DNA of 64,000 nt from Leucoraja ocellata (Eukaryota): contig JAWMAR010000110.1 in NCBI GenBank assembly GCA_036785375.1, forward strand, positions 5,828,001-5,892,000, read 5' to 3'. The notes beneath the pieces are model-generated. The model searched no databases and had not been told where the DNA came from. It saw only the letters and a list, made by a program, of their open reading frames with translations. Positions 13,548-25,500 of the stretch are shown in pieces (position 1 is the stretch's first letter; every line of letters starts with the position of its first letter). Both the position numbers and the translations under genes were made by a program.

Positions 13548-14017
13548 TTACTTTGTCCTGTTAAAAGGAATTTCAATCACCATAAAGTCTTCGGCCAGAA
13601 TTACTTCCTGTCCTTCTAGTACCAGCTCAGCTTGAGTCTTCAGTTCCTTTACGTCATCATCTCCTTCATTAGTAAGGGCAGTAGGTTTGTATCTTTGACT
13701 GAAGTGTGTGAGGACCAGCCGTTTAGCTTTGCATAATTTTGCAAACTCTGCAGCCGTCTTCGGAGTGCAGTGTCCATGTTCCTCAGCCTTGTCAGACTGA
13801 CTATCATTTAGTGTGGCCTCATGCACCAGCACATCAGCATCAATGCAAAGTTTTTTACCTTTTTCACCCACTGTTCCTGAACAATCTCCCAAAATGCATA
13901 TTTTTCTACCTGGAATGGGAGCTTCCAGAACATCAATAGGAAAAACAGTTAACCCGTTGTTAAGAGTGACGGGCTGTCCATTTTTTAGTTTCCCATACAA
14001 AGGTCCTGGTTGAATAC
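13548..14017 (-). CDS. ELAC1: ELAC1 coding exon 3 (terminal), 470 nt including stop
   Basis: Acceptor ctag|GT at 14017; GIQPGPLYGKLKNG (GP exosite), ILGDC, VHEAT, HGHCT, LTHFSQRY, LAEDF; TAA at 13548-13550; total CDS 1098 nt = 365 aa. Confidence 0.96.
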
Positions 14018-15144
14018 CTAGATTATTCCAAATACGACATGTAGGGGAAAAGAAAATATATGTTACTGAAGTAAAAGGAAAAAAAGAACCATATCCATTT
14101 TGCAATTTTAAAATGATTTACCGTTTTGGTTTAATCTACAAAAGTTAAGCAAATGGTTAATTCTAGACAATTTAATAAAGCAAATGTAATTGTGACAACT
14201 TCAGAAGTATATTCACAATGTTTCCAGCATTTTGATATATTCACAAAAAAACTTCCATCTAAAATAACATGTAGCGATTCCAACATTTCTCTTTGCACTC
14301 CCCACTTCCCCCAACAAGCTTTTCGAGTATGCAGGGTGGAATATACCTGTTTATTTCCAAATTAACATCACATGCAAAAATAATTTGGAGAAGACTACAA
14401 ACTAAAACACTGATATAGCAAGACCAACGTCTAAATTCTAATCTCAAATACTCTTAATATTTGAAGTAACTGGGTAAGAACAGGCAGGCTGCATTACAAG
14501 GAAAAATAACAAATTTTGCAGAGAAAATTGACTATATATTCAACATGAATACAAGTAATTCAATCATGGTTATTCAGAATCCTGGAATTGTAACAGGAAA
14601 AAAAAATGGGGAAATTATTTTAAAGAATACATTCAAAGGACTTTTAATTCACAAATTGAGATTGTCTCTTCTTAAAAAGGCAACCCTTCATTTTAAAACA
14701 GTGACCCCAGTTCTGTGTCTGTGGCCTGGGTGGACACTGGTTTGATTTACTCACTTGTATAGACAGAAATGGATATCCTATTAGCATTCCATAAATCAAT
14801 ACTCAGGCCGCTTATATTGTCCAACACCAACAACACATTCCAGGAGAATTCAGGCTTCAAAGGATTTTTTCACATGGATAAGGGGCTTCAGTTATGAGAA
14901 GTTGGAACAGTAGATAACTTGAGTATTTCAAGAGGAGGTTTCAAGAGCAAAAAACATTTCCTCTGGAAAGTAAGCGGCAGAAATTGTGGTGGAGGAAAGA
15001 TGAGGACAATTGTTTCAAATGACTGAAATCTGAACACACAAAGAGAAGGGACCAAGTGCAACCACATTCAAAGAGAGCACAGGTACAAGAGGCTCCGAGA
15101 CCTCCTTGTGCACTTTCACTTTCCTTGATTCCTTCAACTTTATT

Positions 15145-15395
15145 TTCCAAAGAGATACATCGTGGAAACAGGCCCTTCAGCCCACCCTGACCAACAATCA
15201 CTAGTTCTATCCTACACAATTTACAGAAGCCAATTAACCTACAAACCTGCACGTCTTTGAGGAAACTGGAGCATCCGGAGAAAACCCATGCAGTCAAAGG
15301 GAGAACATGCAATCTCTGCACAGACAGCACCTGTAGTCAGGATCGACCCGAGTCTGTGCCGCAGTCAGGCAGGAACTCTACCATTGCGCCATCCT
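15145..15395 (-). mobile_element. HE1/V-SINE-like SINE
   Basis: Same head, core and tail as the 12865 copy. Confidence 0.8.
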
Positions 15396-15620
15396 GCACA
15401 ACTTTTAGAGTCTGGTGGAGCCGCACCATTTATTATGATGGGGAGGATGTGGGTGATTACAAAAGTAAACATGTCAATCTAGTTCAACCGATTGCATTAA
15501 TTTTTAAGAGCACTAAAGTACTTCATATCGCCAGTACGGATTGATCTGTCAACTGAATCTGCAAATGGTACATCAAAAAATAAAGATGAACAATGTGAAC
15601 ATGTGGTAAGATAAAATTAC

Positions 15621-16091
15621 CCATATCTTTCAGCTTTTGAGTCTGAAGCTTTCCTGGTCGTTCTCTCTCCTCAATTACAAACCCAAAAGATGGTATGCGA
15701 TGAAAAAGCCTAAAGGCTTTTACTATGAACTGTTCATGGGTGACAAGATTGTAACAGTCTTCCTGAGGATCAAGATGAATTGTTTTTCCTTGTAGTTCCT
15801 GTGGATGAAGCTGATCATCCACATTGTGTGCAGAGGGGCTCCTCCATTCCTCAGGAAAACACTGATCCTCAGTTGGTACCAGTTCATGGACTACATACGA
15901 AAAGACCAATTGCGAGTGAGACAGGTGCATGCACGTCCTCAGAAATGTCCTTAATCCAACAGGCCCATAAATTTCAACAGGCTGTTTGTTTAAGAGAGAA
16001 CTACTCTGGAGGCTTACTGTGCATAGAAGTCCAGGCAAACCAAATAGATGATCACCATGAAGATGAGTAATGAAAATTTTTGAAATTTTAC
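15621..16091 (-). CDS. ELAC1: ELAC1 coding exon 2, 471 nt
   Basis: Acceptor tttgcag|GT at 16091; KISKIFITHLHGDHLFGLPGLL contains the HxHxDH metallo-beta-lactamase motif; ends KLKDMG|gtaat at 15621; phase consistent with exon 1. Confidence 0.96.
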
Positions 16092-16304
16092 CTGCAAAAT
16101 TAAAAAAATTGAGATTAGTATTTCAGTTTTATTCTTGGTTCTCTCAAACAAGCTTTAAATTGGAATTTTTCTTAATTAATTATCATTACTTGCAAGCAGA
16201 AAAGATTTGTGCAAGAAACTGCAGATGCTGGTTTAAACCGAAGATAGACACAAAAAGCTGGAGTAACTCAGCAGGACAGGCAGCATCTCTGGAGAGAAGG
16301 AATG

Positions 16305-16338
16305 AGTGACGTTTCATGTTGAGACCCTTCGTCAGACT
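16305..16338 (-). ncRNA. Decayed minimal hammerhead-like motif in a Penelope tail (ELAC1 intron 1)
   Basis: Minus strand agt CTGACGA agggtctcaacat GAAA cgtc act; N7 varies (C); helix II partly broken. Confidence 0.45.
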
Positions 16339-16390
16339 GGTTAGGGATAAGGGAAACGAGAGATATAGACGGTGATGTGGAGAGATAAAG

Positions 16391-17427
16391 TAGCTATGTT
16401 ACAATACTTACCTTCAGTGGCGCTGCAATTCTGCCACTGGCCGTGTGCGCGATTTTGGCGCCTTTGAGAGTGGGGTGGGGGGTTAAAACGTGGTTTTATC
16501 CTACCTTGTCCTGGAATATATTTGGTTGGAGTGCAAGCTTTTGCTGGAGAATCGTTCCGACGGGCGTTCTGTGTATTTTTTTTTATTTTTTAAATTGCCC
16601 GACTAGTTCGGCGCTGGAGTAATTTTAAAATCAGCTTCTAAAGGCGTCAACGCCGATAACGGGGACGGACTTCAGGTACGGTACAGGTAAAAGAAAGCTG
16701 TTTATTTTATGTATAAAAGTGCCCCTTAAGATGCCTTTAATTCACATTTTAAGTTGCGAAACGGTGATTTTTCCCCCATACGACCCAGCAGTACTTTCCC
16801 TGCCGATATGGGGGTATAAAATCACTGCAACCGCAACGTTCCAAATGATCGCGTTCCAGAAAACCCACTCGCAAGATGTGCCATTAATTTACAGGTATTA
16901 AACATTCTGTAAACAATCTTTCCATTTGGCCTATAAATCCATGACAATGAGATTTAAAAATTATGTTATATTGTGAATTCTTGTGTGAATGTTATTTGGA
17001 CACTTCGGCTATTTAAAAATGTTAATCTATTCTTAAGAAATTGATGGATGTTTAGATCTAGTAATTTAATTTTGTAATTAGCTACAATTAGGTAACTAAC
17101 TAATTATATGCTTTAATTTCAAGTCATCTAAGTAAGATTGTTTCATATTTGTTTCAGAATGCTTCAATCTATAATAACTGAAAAATTCTTTCAGTTCTCT
17201 TAATTTTTAAGAAAGTTATGGGCTTTTGACTGTACTCGATCTTAAGTCAATGGAAGAGCAACAGGGAACAAGATGCTAATTTCCGAGTATGAAAATGGCC
17301 ATAACCTTTTTAATACTGAAGATATGAAAGTGAATTAGGTGTCAAATTAAACTTCTTTTTATGCTTCATCTGATGGGATAAATTACAGACTTGATTTTTT
17401 AAATCTCAAAATTTTGTAACATTGCTA
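16391..17427. mobile_element. Non-autonomous DNA transposon (hAT-like MITE) in ELAC1 intron 1
   Basis: 14-bp TIRs tagctatgttacaa / ttgtaacattgcta (1 mismatch); 7-bp duplication gataaag at 16384-16390 and 17428-17434; interrupts a Penelope tail. Confidence 0.8.
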
Positions 17428-17711
17428 GATAAAGAACAATGAATGCAAATGATATGCAAAAAAGTAACGATGATAAAAGAAACAGGCCATTGTAAGCTGT
17501 TTGTAGGGTGATAACGAGAAGCTGGAGCGGAGAGAGGGGGAGAGAGAGCTCTGAGGGGGGGGGAGGTGAGGGCGGGGGCGGGGAGAGGAGAGCGTCCTGA
17601 GCGGGGGAGAGTTGGGGAGGTGGTGGGTAGTGGAGGATCGGAGCAGGAGGGGGAAGAGCGGCCCGAGGGTGGGAGAGTGGTGGTGGGGGGGGGGGGGGGG
17701 GGGGGGCGGGC

Positions 17712-17860
17712 CGCTTTGGCTGGGCCGGGCTGGGCTGGGCCGGGAAGGGATGGGCTGGGCTGGGCAGCTTTGGCTGGGATGGGCTGGGCCGGGCAGCTTT
17801 GGCTGGGCTGGGTTGGGCTGGGCCGGGATGGGCTGGGCCGGGCAGCTTTGGCTGGGCCGC
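17712..17860. repeat. (GGGCT/GGGCC)n G-rich tandem repeat at start of ELAC1 intron 1
   Basis: Repeated ggcagctttggctgggctgggccggg units preceded by a G run (17685-17706). Confidence 0.9.
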
Positions 17861-17874
17861 TCGGGGAGCCTCAC

Positions 17875-18031
17875 CTGCTCTCAACTGGCTCCGCATCAAC
17901 TGTGTCTGCGTCCCCTCGCCGCAGTCGAAGAGCCAGCACTCGCCCTCGTAGCGCAGCGCCACGGCCGAGGCTCCGCGCGTCGGCGACGGGTAGGCCGAGC
18001 CGGTGCCCAGGAAGGTCAACTCCACCGCCAT
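17875..18031 (-). CDS. ELAC1: ELAC1 (tRNase Z short form) coding exon 1, 157 nt
   Basis: ATG at 18031; [53 protein letters not shown]; donor GCAG|GTGAG at 17875/17874; lies in a CpG-rich segment. Confidence 0.97.
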
Positions 18032-18200
18032 AGCGGCCGCTCCGAGTCAAGGGCCGCCCGGCCTGCGATCAGACCAGGAGCAGCAACTCTCCGCTATGAT
18101 CTTTGCAGCAGCAGCGGCGGCAGCGGCAGCAGACAACGCTGCACCTCCCCGTCAAATCAACCCGCCCTCAATCACCCACACTCACGTCATCCTGCAAACC
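18032..18200 (-). promoter_or_regulatory. Probable ELAC1 CpG-rich promoter/5' UTR
   Basis: CpG-dense region spanning exon 1 and upstream; GC box CCCGCCC at ~18160-18167 and CRE/E-box-like TGACGTGA (plus strand tcacgtca, 18182-18189). TSS not determinable; a possible acceptor (cgcag) ~30 nt above the ATG leaves room for a non-coding upstream exon. Confidence 0.5.
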
Positions 18201-18486
18201 TAGGATCGGATCCAAAAAAAAAACTTGCAAAAAAATCTTTAAATAATCCGGTGACAGACAGAAAATGCCGGAGTAACTCAGCGAGACAGGCAGCATCTCT
18301 GGAGAGATTCTGGACGCTTCGGGTCGAGACCCTTCCTCAATAACGGGGGGAAATGTATTATAATTCTGCAGAAGGGTTTATTCCTTTTCTCCACTGATGC
18401 TGCCTGTCCTGCTGAGTTACTCCAGCTTTTTGTGTTTATCTTCAAGGTATTATCACTGTATGGTGTTAAAACAAAAGACTGCAGAT

Positions 18487-18519
18487 CAAAGATCCTATAG
18501 CAGAGCTATAGGATCTTTG
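18487..18519. mobile_element. 33-bp palindrome with 8-bp TSD (transposon footprint or minimal element)
   Basis: ctgcagat|CAAAGATCCTATAGC-aga-GCTATAGGATCTTTG|ctgcagat. Confidence 0.8.
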
Positions 18520-19029
18520 CTGCAGATGCTGGTCAATACACAAAGTGCTAGAGTAACAGGCAGCATCTTTGGAAAACATACATGGGACCAGACCCTTCTC
18601 CACCGCAGGTCCCCGGTAGCAGAGATGTGAGAAACAGCAGGTGCTGGAGTAACTCAGCAGGTCAGACAGCATCCATAGAAAACATGGATAGGTGATGTTT
18701 CAGGTTGGGATACTTTAGACTGGATCTAATAGGGAGGAAGAAAACTAAAAGAGATGTGGTTGGAACAGAGCTTTGCAAGTGATAGCTCGAAAAGAAAGAC
18801 AAAGTGCTGGAGTACCTCAGCGGGTCAGGCAACATCTCTGGAAAACATGGAAAGGTGATGTTTCGTGTCCAGACCCTTGTCCATCTCATGCCCCTGGTAT
18901 TACCTATGTCCCTGGTAATGTGGAACCGGGCTCGTGAGATGCAGACACCAGCAACAGCTGGTGCTGGAGTAGCAGCGGGTCAGACAGCAACTGGTTCCTG
19001 TACCAAAGAGGATCATGAAGTCCCTTGAG

Positions 19030-19865
19030 AGACTGGTACTCACCTGCGACCCCTGGTTAAACCCTACCTGGACCCCCTGCAGTTCGTTTACTAAACAAAG
19101 TTAGGGGTTGAGGACGCCATCATCCACCTGTTCCATCATTCCTATGCTCACCTGGATAAGCCGGGAAGCACTGTGAAAGTCATGGTTCTTTTACTTCTGC
19201 AGTGCTTTTTACACCACCCGACCTGCACTAGAGGGAGCAGCCTGATGAAGATGCGAGTGGATGCTCCATTGGTATCCTGGATCACCAACGACCCAACCAC
19301 AATATATCAGCCTACAGAACTGTGTCTCGGACATTGTAGTGAGCAACACTGAGGCCCCACAGGGGACCGTCCTCTCTACCTTCCTGTTCAGACTTCAGAT
19401 ACAACTTGGAATCCTACCAGAAGTTTTTAGGTGACTGCAATTGTGGGCTGCATCAGTGAGGGGTGGGAAGCTGAATACAGAGGTGTAGTCAATGACTTTG
19501 TTGAGTGTTGTGGACTGAATCATCTGCAGCTCAACACTGACAAGACTAAGGAATTCGTGGTGGACTTGCTATTGATGGAGTGCTATTCTTGCTATTAAGA
19601 ATGGTTAGCCATTTAGAACAGAGATGAGAAAAAACTTTTTCACATAGAGAGTTGTAAGTGTGTGGGATTCCCTGCCTCAGAGGGTAGTGGAGGCTGGTTC
19701 TCTGGATGCATTCAAGAGAGAGTTAGATAGAGCTCTTAGGGATAGTGGAGTTCAGAGATATGGAGAGAAGATAGGAACAGGGATTGTGGATGGTCAGCCA
19801 TGATCACATTAAATGGTGGTGCTGGCTCGAGGCCGAATGGCCGACTCTTGCACCTATTATCTTTT
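19030..19865 (+). mobile_element. Rex1-like fragment (19030-19570) followed by CR1 3' end (19590-19865)
   Basis: LDPLQF, GVEDAI, PQGTVL remnants; CR1 tail. Confidence 0.7.
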
Positions 19866-20489
19866 CACTTGTTATAGTACCTGCCTCAACTACTTCCTCA
19901 AGCAACGTGTTCCATATACCCACCACCTGCTACGTGAAAAGAAGTGGTGGGTATATGGAACAGCAAGCACTTTGTATTCCACTTGGGCACCTCAGAACCC
20001 AACAGTATGAAAATTGAATTCTTTAATTTTAAGTAGTCCCCACACCCCCCTCCCCTCCTCTCTCTTTCTTTCCTGTGTCCCTCCCACCACCCGTGCCTAG
20101 AATTACAATTACCTTTATTATCATTCAGACCTTACGGTCTGAACGAAATTTCATGTCTGCAGTCATACATACAATAATAAACAACAATAAACACAATTAA
20201 CATCCACCACAGTGAGTCTTTCAAGCACCTCCTCACTGTGGTGGAGGCAAAAATCTTAGGGCTGCAGTCTCTTCCCCCCCTCTTCGCTGAGGCGATACCC
20301 CACCGGGCGATGGTACAAACAGTCCCGCGGCTCACTGAACCCCGCAACCATTTCAACCACTATTGAAATATCTCTTTGGCTTACATTGCATGCATGTGTG
20401 TGTTTGTGTGTATAAATACATATATTTATATGTACATTTTTAACTTTGCAAAATCCAGTTTGAGAAACACTGCAATGGCAGTTACAGCT

Positions 20490-21162
20490 ATGACGTCACA
20501 ATGAGATCTCATTTACATTAAAAAAAACTCGCTGTCTCTGATAAAAGCACGCTGGACACAGGCATGGACTGGGCCAGGAGCCGTGCTCCTCCCTCCCCCT
20601 GCTCCAGAGCTCGAACCACAGCCCAGGGCCCCGAGCGCAGCGGACAAAGACACAGAGACAGACACGAACTGGGCCCAGAGCCGCGCTCCTCCCTCCCCCA
20701 CCCTCAGCTCCAGACCGAATATTGCGTTGGGGGAGTGAGGCCCAACGGGTCCCACTTGGGGTAGGGAGGGGAGAGGGGTTATGGACAATGTTAACAAAGT
20801 CAGGGCTCCCAGTCCAATGAGAGATTTGTAACATTGTTATAAGAAGAGGGAGTGGGGGTAGGGGATGAGGAGAGGATTATTGTTTAAAATTATTTAAACA
20901 GATAGAGGGAAAGGAGGGGAGTAGGGAGGGGAGAAGGGTTATGGAGGGAGGGAGTGACTGAGGGTAGGGGTAAGGAGAGGGAGAGATACGGAGGGAGTGG
21001 GGAGGAGGAAAGAAGAGGGAGGGTGAAGGGGGGGTGGGGAGTGTTGGGGGATGAGCTGCGCCTGCCCAGTTGGGGGCTATCGGTGAGCGGTCGAATATTG
21101 CGTTGGGGAAACGGGTTGCATTGGGGGAAAACGGGTGAGAGGTGGAATATTGCGTTGGGGTA
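20490..21162 (+). mobile_element. Helitron-related fragments
   Basis: cccaacgggtcccacttgg (~20740-20760) and repeated gaatattgcgttgggg match the 46050 element on the opposite strand. Confidence 0.55.
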
Positions 21163-22552
21163 ACTAAAATTAAAAACTAACAATTTCATAAACAAATATA
21201 TTGAAAATGTTTTATTCAGTAATTTGCAAATAAAGACAAAAAACAATGCACAACTAACAGACCATCAATATCAGTTATTATTATTTATATTGCGATTGAG
21301 AAACTGACACACAATTCTTCATCCATGACTAGAGACATAATCAGGAGTGATGGAAATTAATTTTGCATATTTAGTATTAAAACCTATAAAAGTTTATCCA
21401 CAACATAAATATTTTCTTCAATATACCTAACAGAACTAAAGTTTAACTACCCCATCCTCTTATTTACACTGTGCTTTATCACAGTAAAATGTTTTAATAT
21501 GCAGAACAGAGGTAAATAAAAACTTTCACTATGAACCACAGGATATATTATGGCAGAAAGCTAAAAGTTGTATGCCTTACAAACAGAGTGACCAATGGAA
21601 ATTCTAGTTAGGGACCTGGCTGATAAACTTTTCCTGCCAGCAATGGGGTGATTAAAACTGGGGTGTCCAAGAAGCAAAACATTAAGTGATTTGAGGACTA
21701 GAGGAAAATATAAAAACAACGGTCAAGTCTCTGGAGGAATTTGGAAGCAAGAGTGAATATTTTAAGATCAGGGTATTGCTTAATCAGAAGTCTATACGCA
21801 CATACAGGAGGTGAATTGAACATGTCCCAACCAGCACCTGCAGTTCCTTCCTGTACCAATATGAGATGGGACAGATACAGAGTTTTGGACAAATTGAAGT
21901 TTGGAGGGAGAATTAAGGAAGCCTCAAGAAGTATATTTGTTAGAATAATTAAATCTAGATTCAATAAAGATACTCATGTGCATTCCATAGATGTAGCTGG
22001 CTGTTGGAAATACACCGCATAATAAATGGCAGAGACCCAAGAATCATAGACAATAGGTGCAGGAGTAGGCCATTCGGCCCTTCAAGCCAGCACCGCCATT
22101 CAATGTGATCATGGCTGATCATCCACAATCAATACCCCGTTCCTGCCTTCTCACCATATCCCTTGACTACCTTTAAGAGCTCTAAATCCCTCTTGATTTA
22201 AATCTTTTTATTTGAATTTCACAACAATTTGCATACATACAATAACAGTCAAGGCATAATTGTGCAACAGTATGTAAGCGACCCTCAAAGCCCTTACCCT
22301 TACCCACCTTCAACCCACCCGAATCAGGTTGGAACCAAACGGGGACAAACAACACTCACATACATACACATCCACACAAATATGGTAAGATAAACTGAAC
22401 AAAAAGTACTAAAAAATAAAAATAAAATAAAAAAAAGGGGGTCACTAATAACAGTAAATAAGTAAGTAATTAAATAAATAAAATAAAAATGTGGGGGGGG
22501 GGGGGTTAAGGGGAGAGCAGCTGCAGTAGAGCAGTACAATGGTGGAGAGCAC

Positions 22553-25500
22553 TCAGTCCTCTTCCGAGTCCGGAGACAAGTTGAGAGAGTTAACAAGTTC
22601 CAAGAAAGGGTTCCACGTATCTAGGAATGTCTTGGTAGAGCCTTTGAGAGAGAACCTAAGTTTTTCAAGCTTTAAATTGTAAAACACCTCCTTAATCCAG
22701 CGGGCATGTGTTGGGGGACAGGTGAGCCTCCAGTTAAGCAAGATCAGTCTCCGGGCTAACAAGGTTGTAAAAGCTAGAACCCGTTTTACCGCAACAGAGA
22801 GGTTGGTGTTGGGAGGGGTACCGAAAATGGCTGACAGTGGGTTTGGAGGAATAGTCTGGCCATAGGCTCTGCTTATCAAGTCGAAAGCACTCCTCCAAAA
22901 GGCTGCTAGCTTAGGGCAAGACCAAAACATATGGCTATGGTTGGCAGGAGATTGATTACATCTGTTGCAGGTGTCCCTAACAGCGGGGTAAATTCTAGAT
23001 AATCTTGCATTTGTGTAGTGGACTTTGTGAAGGACTTTGCATTGGATTAGGCCATGACGGGCACATATGGAGGAAGAATGGATCAAATCCAAGGCAGAGT
23101 CCCATTGCTGGTCTGTTAGTTTCGTATTCAGCTCGCCCTCCCACGCAGCTTTTAATGAGGTATGAGGTTTCAATATAACCGACCCCAACAAGTTATACAA
23201 AACAGAGATGCATTTCTTCCAGTTGGGATCTAGAGCTAAGATGGTATCGGTCAGGGTTTCAGGGGGGCGATTTGGGAAATGGGGGAATGTCTTCTTCACA
23301 AAATCCCTAATCTGGAAAAAACGAAAAAGGTGGGAGTTTGGGAGGCTATAGTTGGACGAGAGCTCCGCAAAAGACGAAAAGATGCCATCCTTGTATAGGT
23401 TTTTGATACTACTGATACCGTTGCTATGCCAGGTTTTGAATGCGTGGTCTGTACTTGAAGGTTTAAAGATGTGGTTTTTAAGCAGTGGGGTCAAGATGGA
23501 AGGGCCTTGTAAACCAAAGTTTTTCCTGAGTTGACTCCATATCTTGAGCGAGAGGGACGCAATTGGGCCTGCACCCACAGATTTTATAGGAAGGGGGAGT
23601 TGGGAGTATAGGACAGACCGCAATGGGAGATGTGAACTCGCCTTTTCCATGTGTACCCAGGTCAGTAGGTGGTTGCAATCATCATTCATCCAATACAGGA
23701 GTTTTTGCAAGTTAGCTGCCCAATAGTATCGCCTAAAGTCAGGAAGTGCCAAACCGCCATCACTCTTAGGAGACTGCAGTATCGCCTTTCAAATTCTAGC
23801 CGGTTTGCTACCCCATAAAAATTTAGATATTGTCCTTTCTAATTTATCAAAAAAGGATTTAGTTATAAGTATAGGGACGTGCTGGAAAAGATACAGGAAT
23901 TTGGGTAGGACGACCATCTTGACCAGATTTATCCAGCACACGAGGGATAGCGGTAAAACTGACCAGCGGTCAAAATCTCTTTCAGCTTTCTCAACCAGAG
24001 GCAGAAAGTTTGTGCGGAAGGAACATATCAGATAAGGGTGTTGTGATAAAGACGCAGAGGTAGCGAAACCCGTCCTCTGCCCATTTGAATGAGGTTAAAG
24101 AGCGAGGGAGCTGATTAGCCAATGAGTTAATCGGTAATAGCTCACTCTTTTGGTAGTTAAGATTATAACCAGAATACGCGCCAAACTGTTCTAAAATATT
24201 CGTAATCACAGGGAGAGAGCTGACTGGGTTCGAGATGTACAGGAGCAGGTCAACCTCATACAATGAGACTTTATGAGTTGTGTCGATCCGTGTAATCCCT
24301 TTAAAGCCCTTCTCTGAGCGTAACCAGACCGCCAAGGGTTCTATCGCGACAGCAAACAGAAGTGGTGATAATGGACAACCCTGTCTGGTACCTCTCTGAA
24401 GGGGGAAGTGGGGCGACAGTGTGTCGTTTGTTTGTACTGAGGCCACCGGGGACGAGTATAATAGACTGACCCAAAGAATAAAACTGTTACCGAGGCCAAA
24501 CCTGTCCATCGCCTCATATAGGCACCTCCACTCAACCCTGTCGAAAGCTTTTTCGGCGTCGAGGGAGACCACTATCTCCGGGGTCTCACTACTCGGTGAA
24601 TGGATGATGTTAAGGAGACGCCTAGTATTGTGGGAAGACTGTCAGCCTGGTATGAACCCTGTTTGGTCTAACGAGATAATAGAGGGCATCACTCGTTGAA
24701 GACGGAGCGCAAGGGCTTTAGAGAGGATTTTGAGGTCCACATTCAGGAGTAAAATTGGTCTATAGCTACTACAAAGCAGGGGATCTTTCTCCTTTTTAAG
24801 AATTAGGGAGATAGTAGCCCACGACAAGGTGGGCGGTAGGCGACGATGTAAAAACGCCTCATTGTACGTAATTCTCAGGACTGGTGCGAGGAGAGCAGAG
24901 AAAGCTTTGTAATATTCTACAGTGAAACCGTCAGGGCCGGGCGACTTTCCGCTTTGCAGCGATGTGATGGCTGCTTGGACCTCAGTGACAGTTATGGGAC
25001 CACCCAAGTCTCGTGGCTTCATCGTCAATTCGGGGAAACGTCATACTACTGAGCATGTCACCTGCAGTGGGAGGACAATCGGAAACGTATGGTTCTGCGT
25101 AGAATTTAGCAAATGCTTCATTAATTCTAAGAGGATCAGTATGAATCTCCCCTAAGCTGGATCTAATGGCTGGAATTAGCCGTGAAGTCGCCTCGGTTCT
25201 GGCCTGATGGGCCAAAAGCTTCCCAGCTTTATCCCCAGATTCAAAAAAGTGTTGCCTAGATTTAAGCAGTCGTAGCTTAGCTTTATTAGTAGACGTGAGG
25301 TCAAAGTCTGTTTGTAACCTAAGGCGTTCTCTATAAAGGTTAGGGTCTGGGTCAGATGCATATTTGTCATCAATGTCCTTTATTTTTTGTAACAGGTCTG
25401 CCGTTTGGGACTTCTCGGTTCTTTTCAGGTTGGAGACAAAAGAGATAAGTTGGCCCCTAATATAGGCTTTTGAAGCTTCCCAGAGTATACCTCTATGTCA

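Noticed and set aside
14018-14105. N-terminal extension of ORF 13548-14105
   Set aside because: Intronic sequence upstream of the acceptor at 14017
17399-18343. Long Pro/Gly-rich ORFs on both strands
   Set aside because: Products of GC-rich repeat DNA; only 17875-18031 is the real ELAC1 exon and the ORF reads through the donor site
22553-23752. 399-aa open ORF as a possible domesticated gene
   Set aside because: It is the C-terminal part of L1 ORF2 in a fairly young TSD-flanked copy; openness is expected
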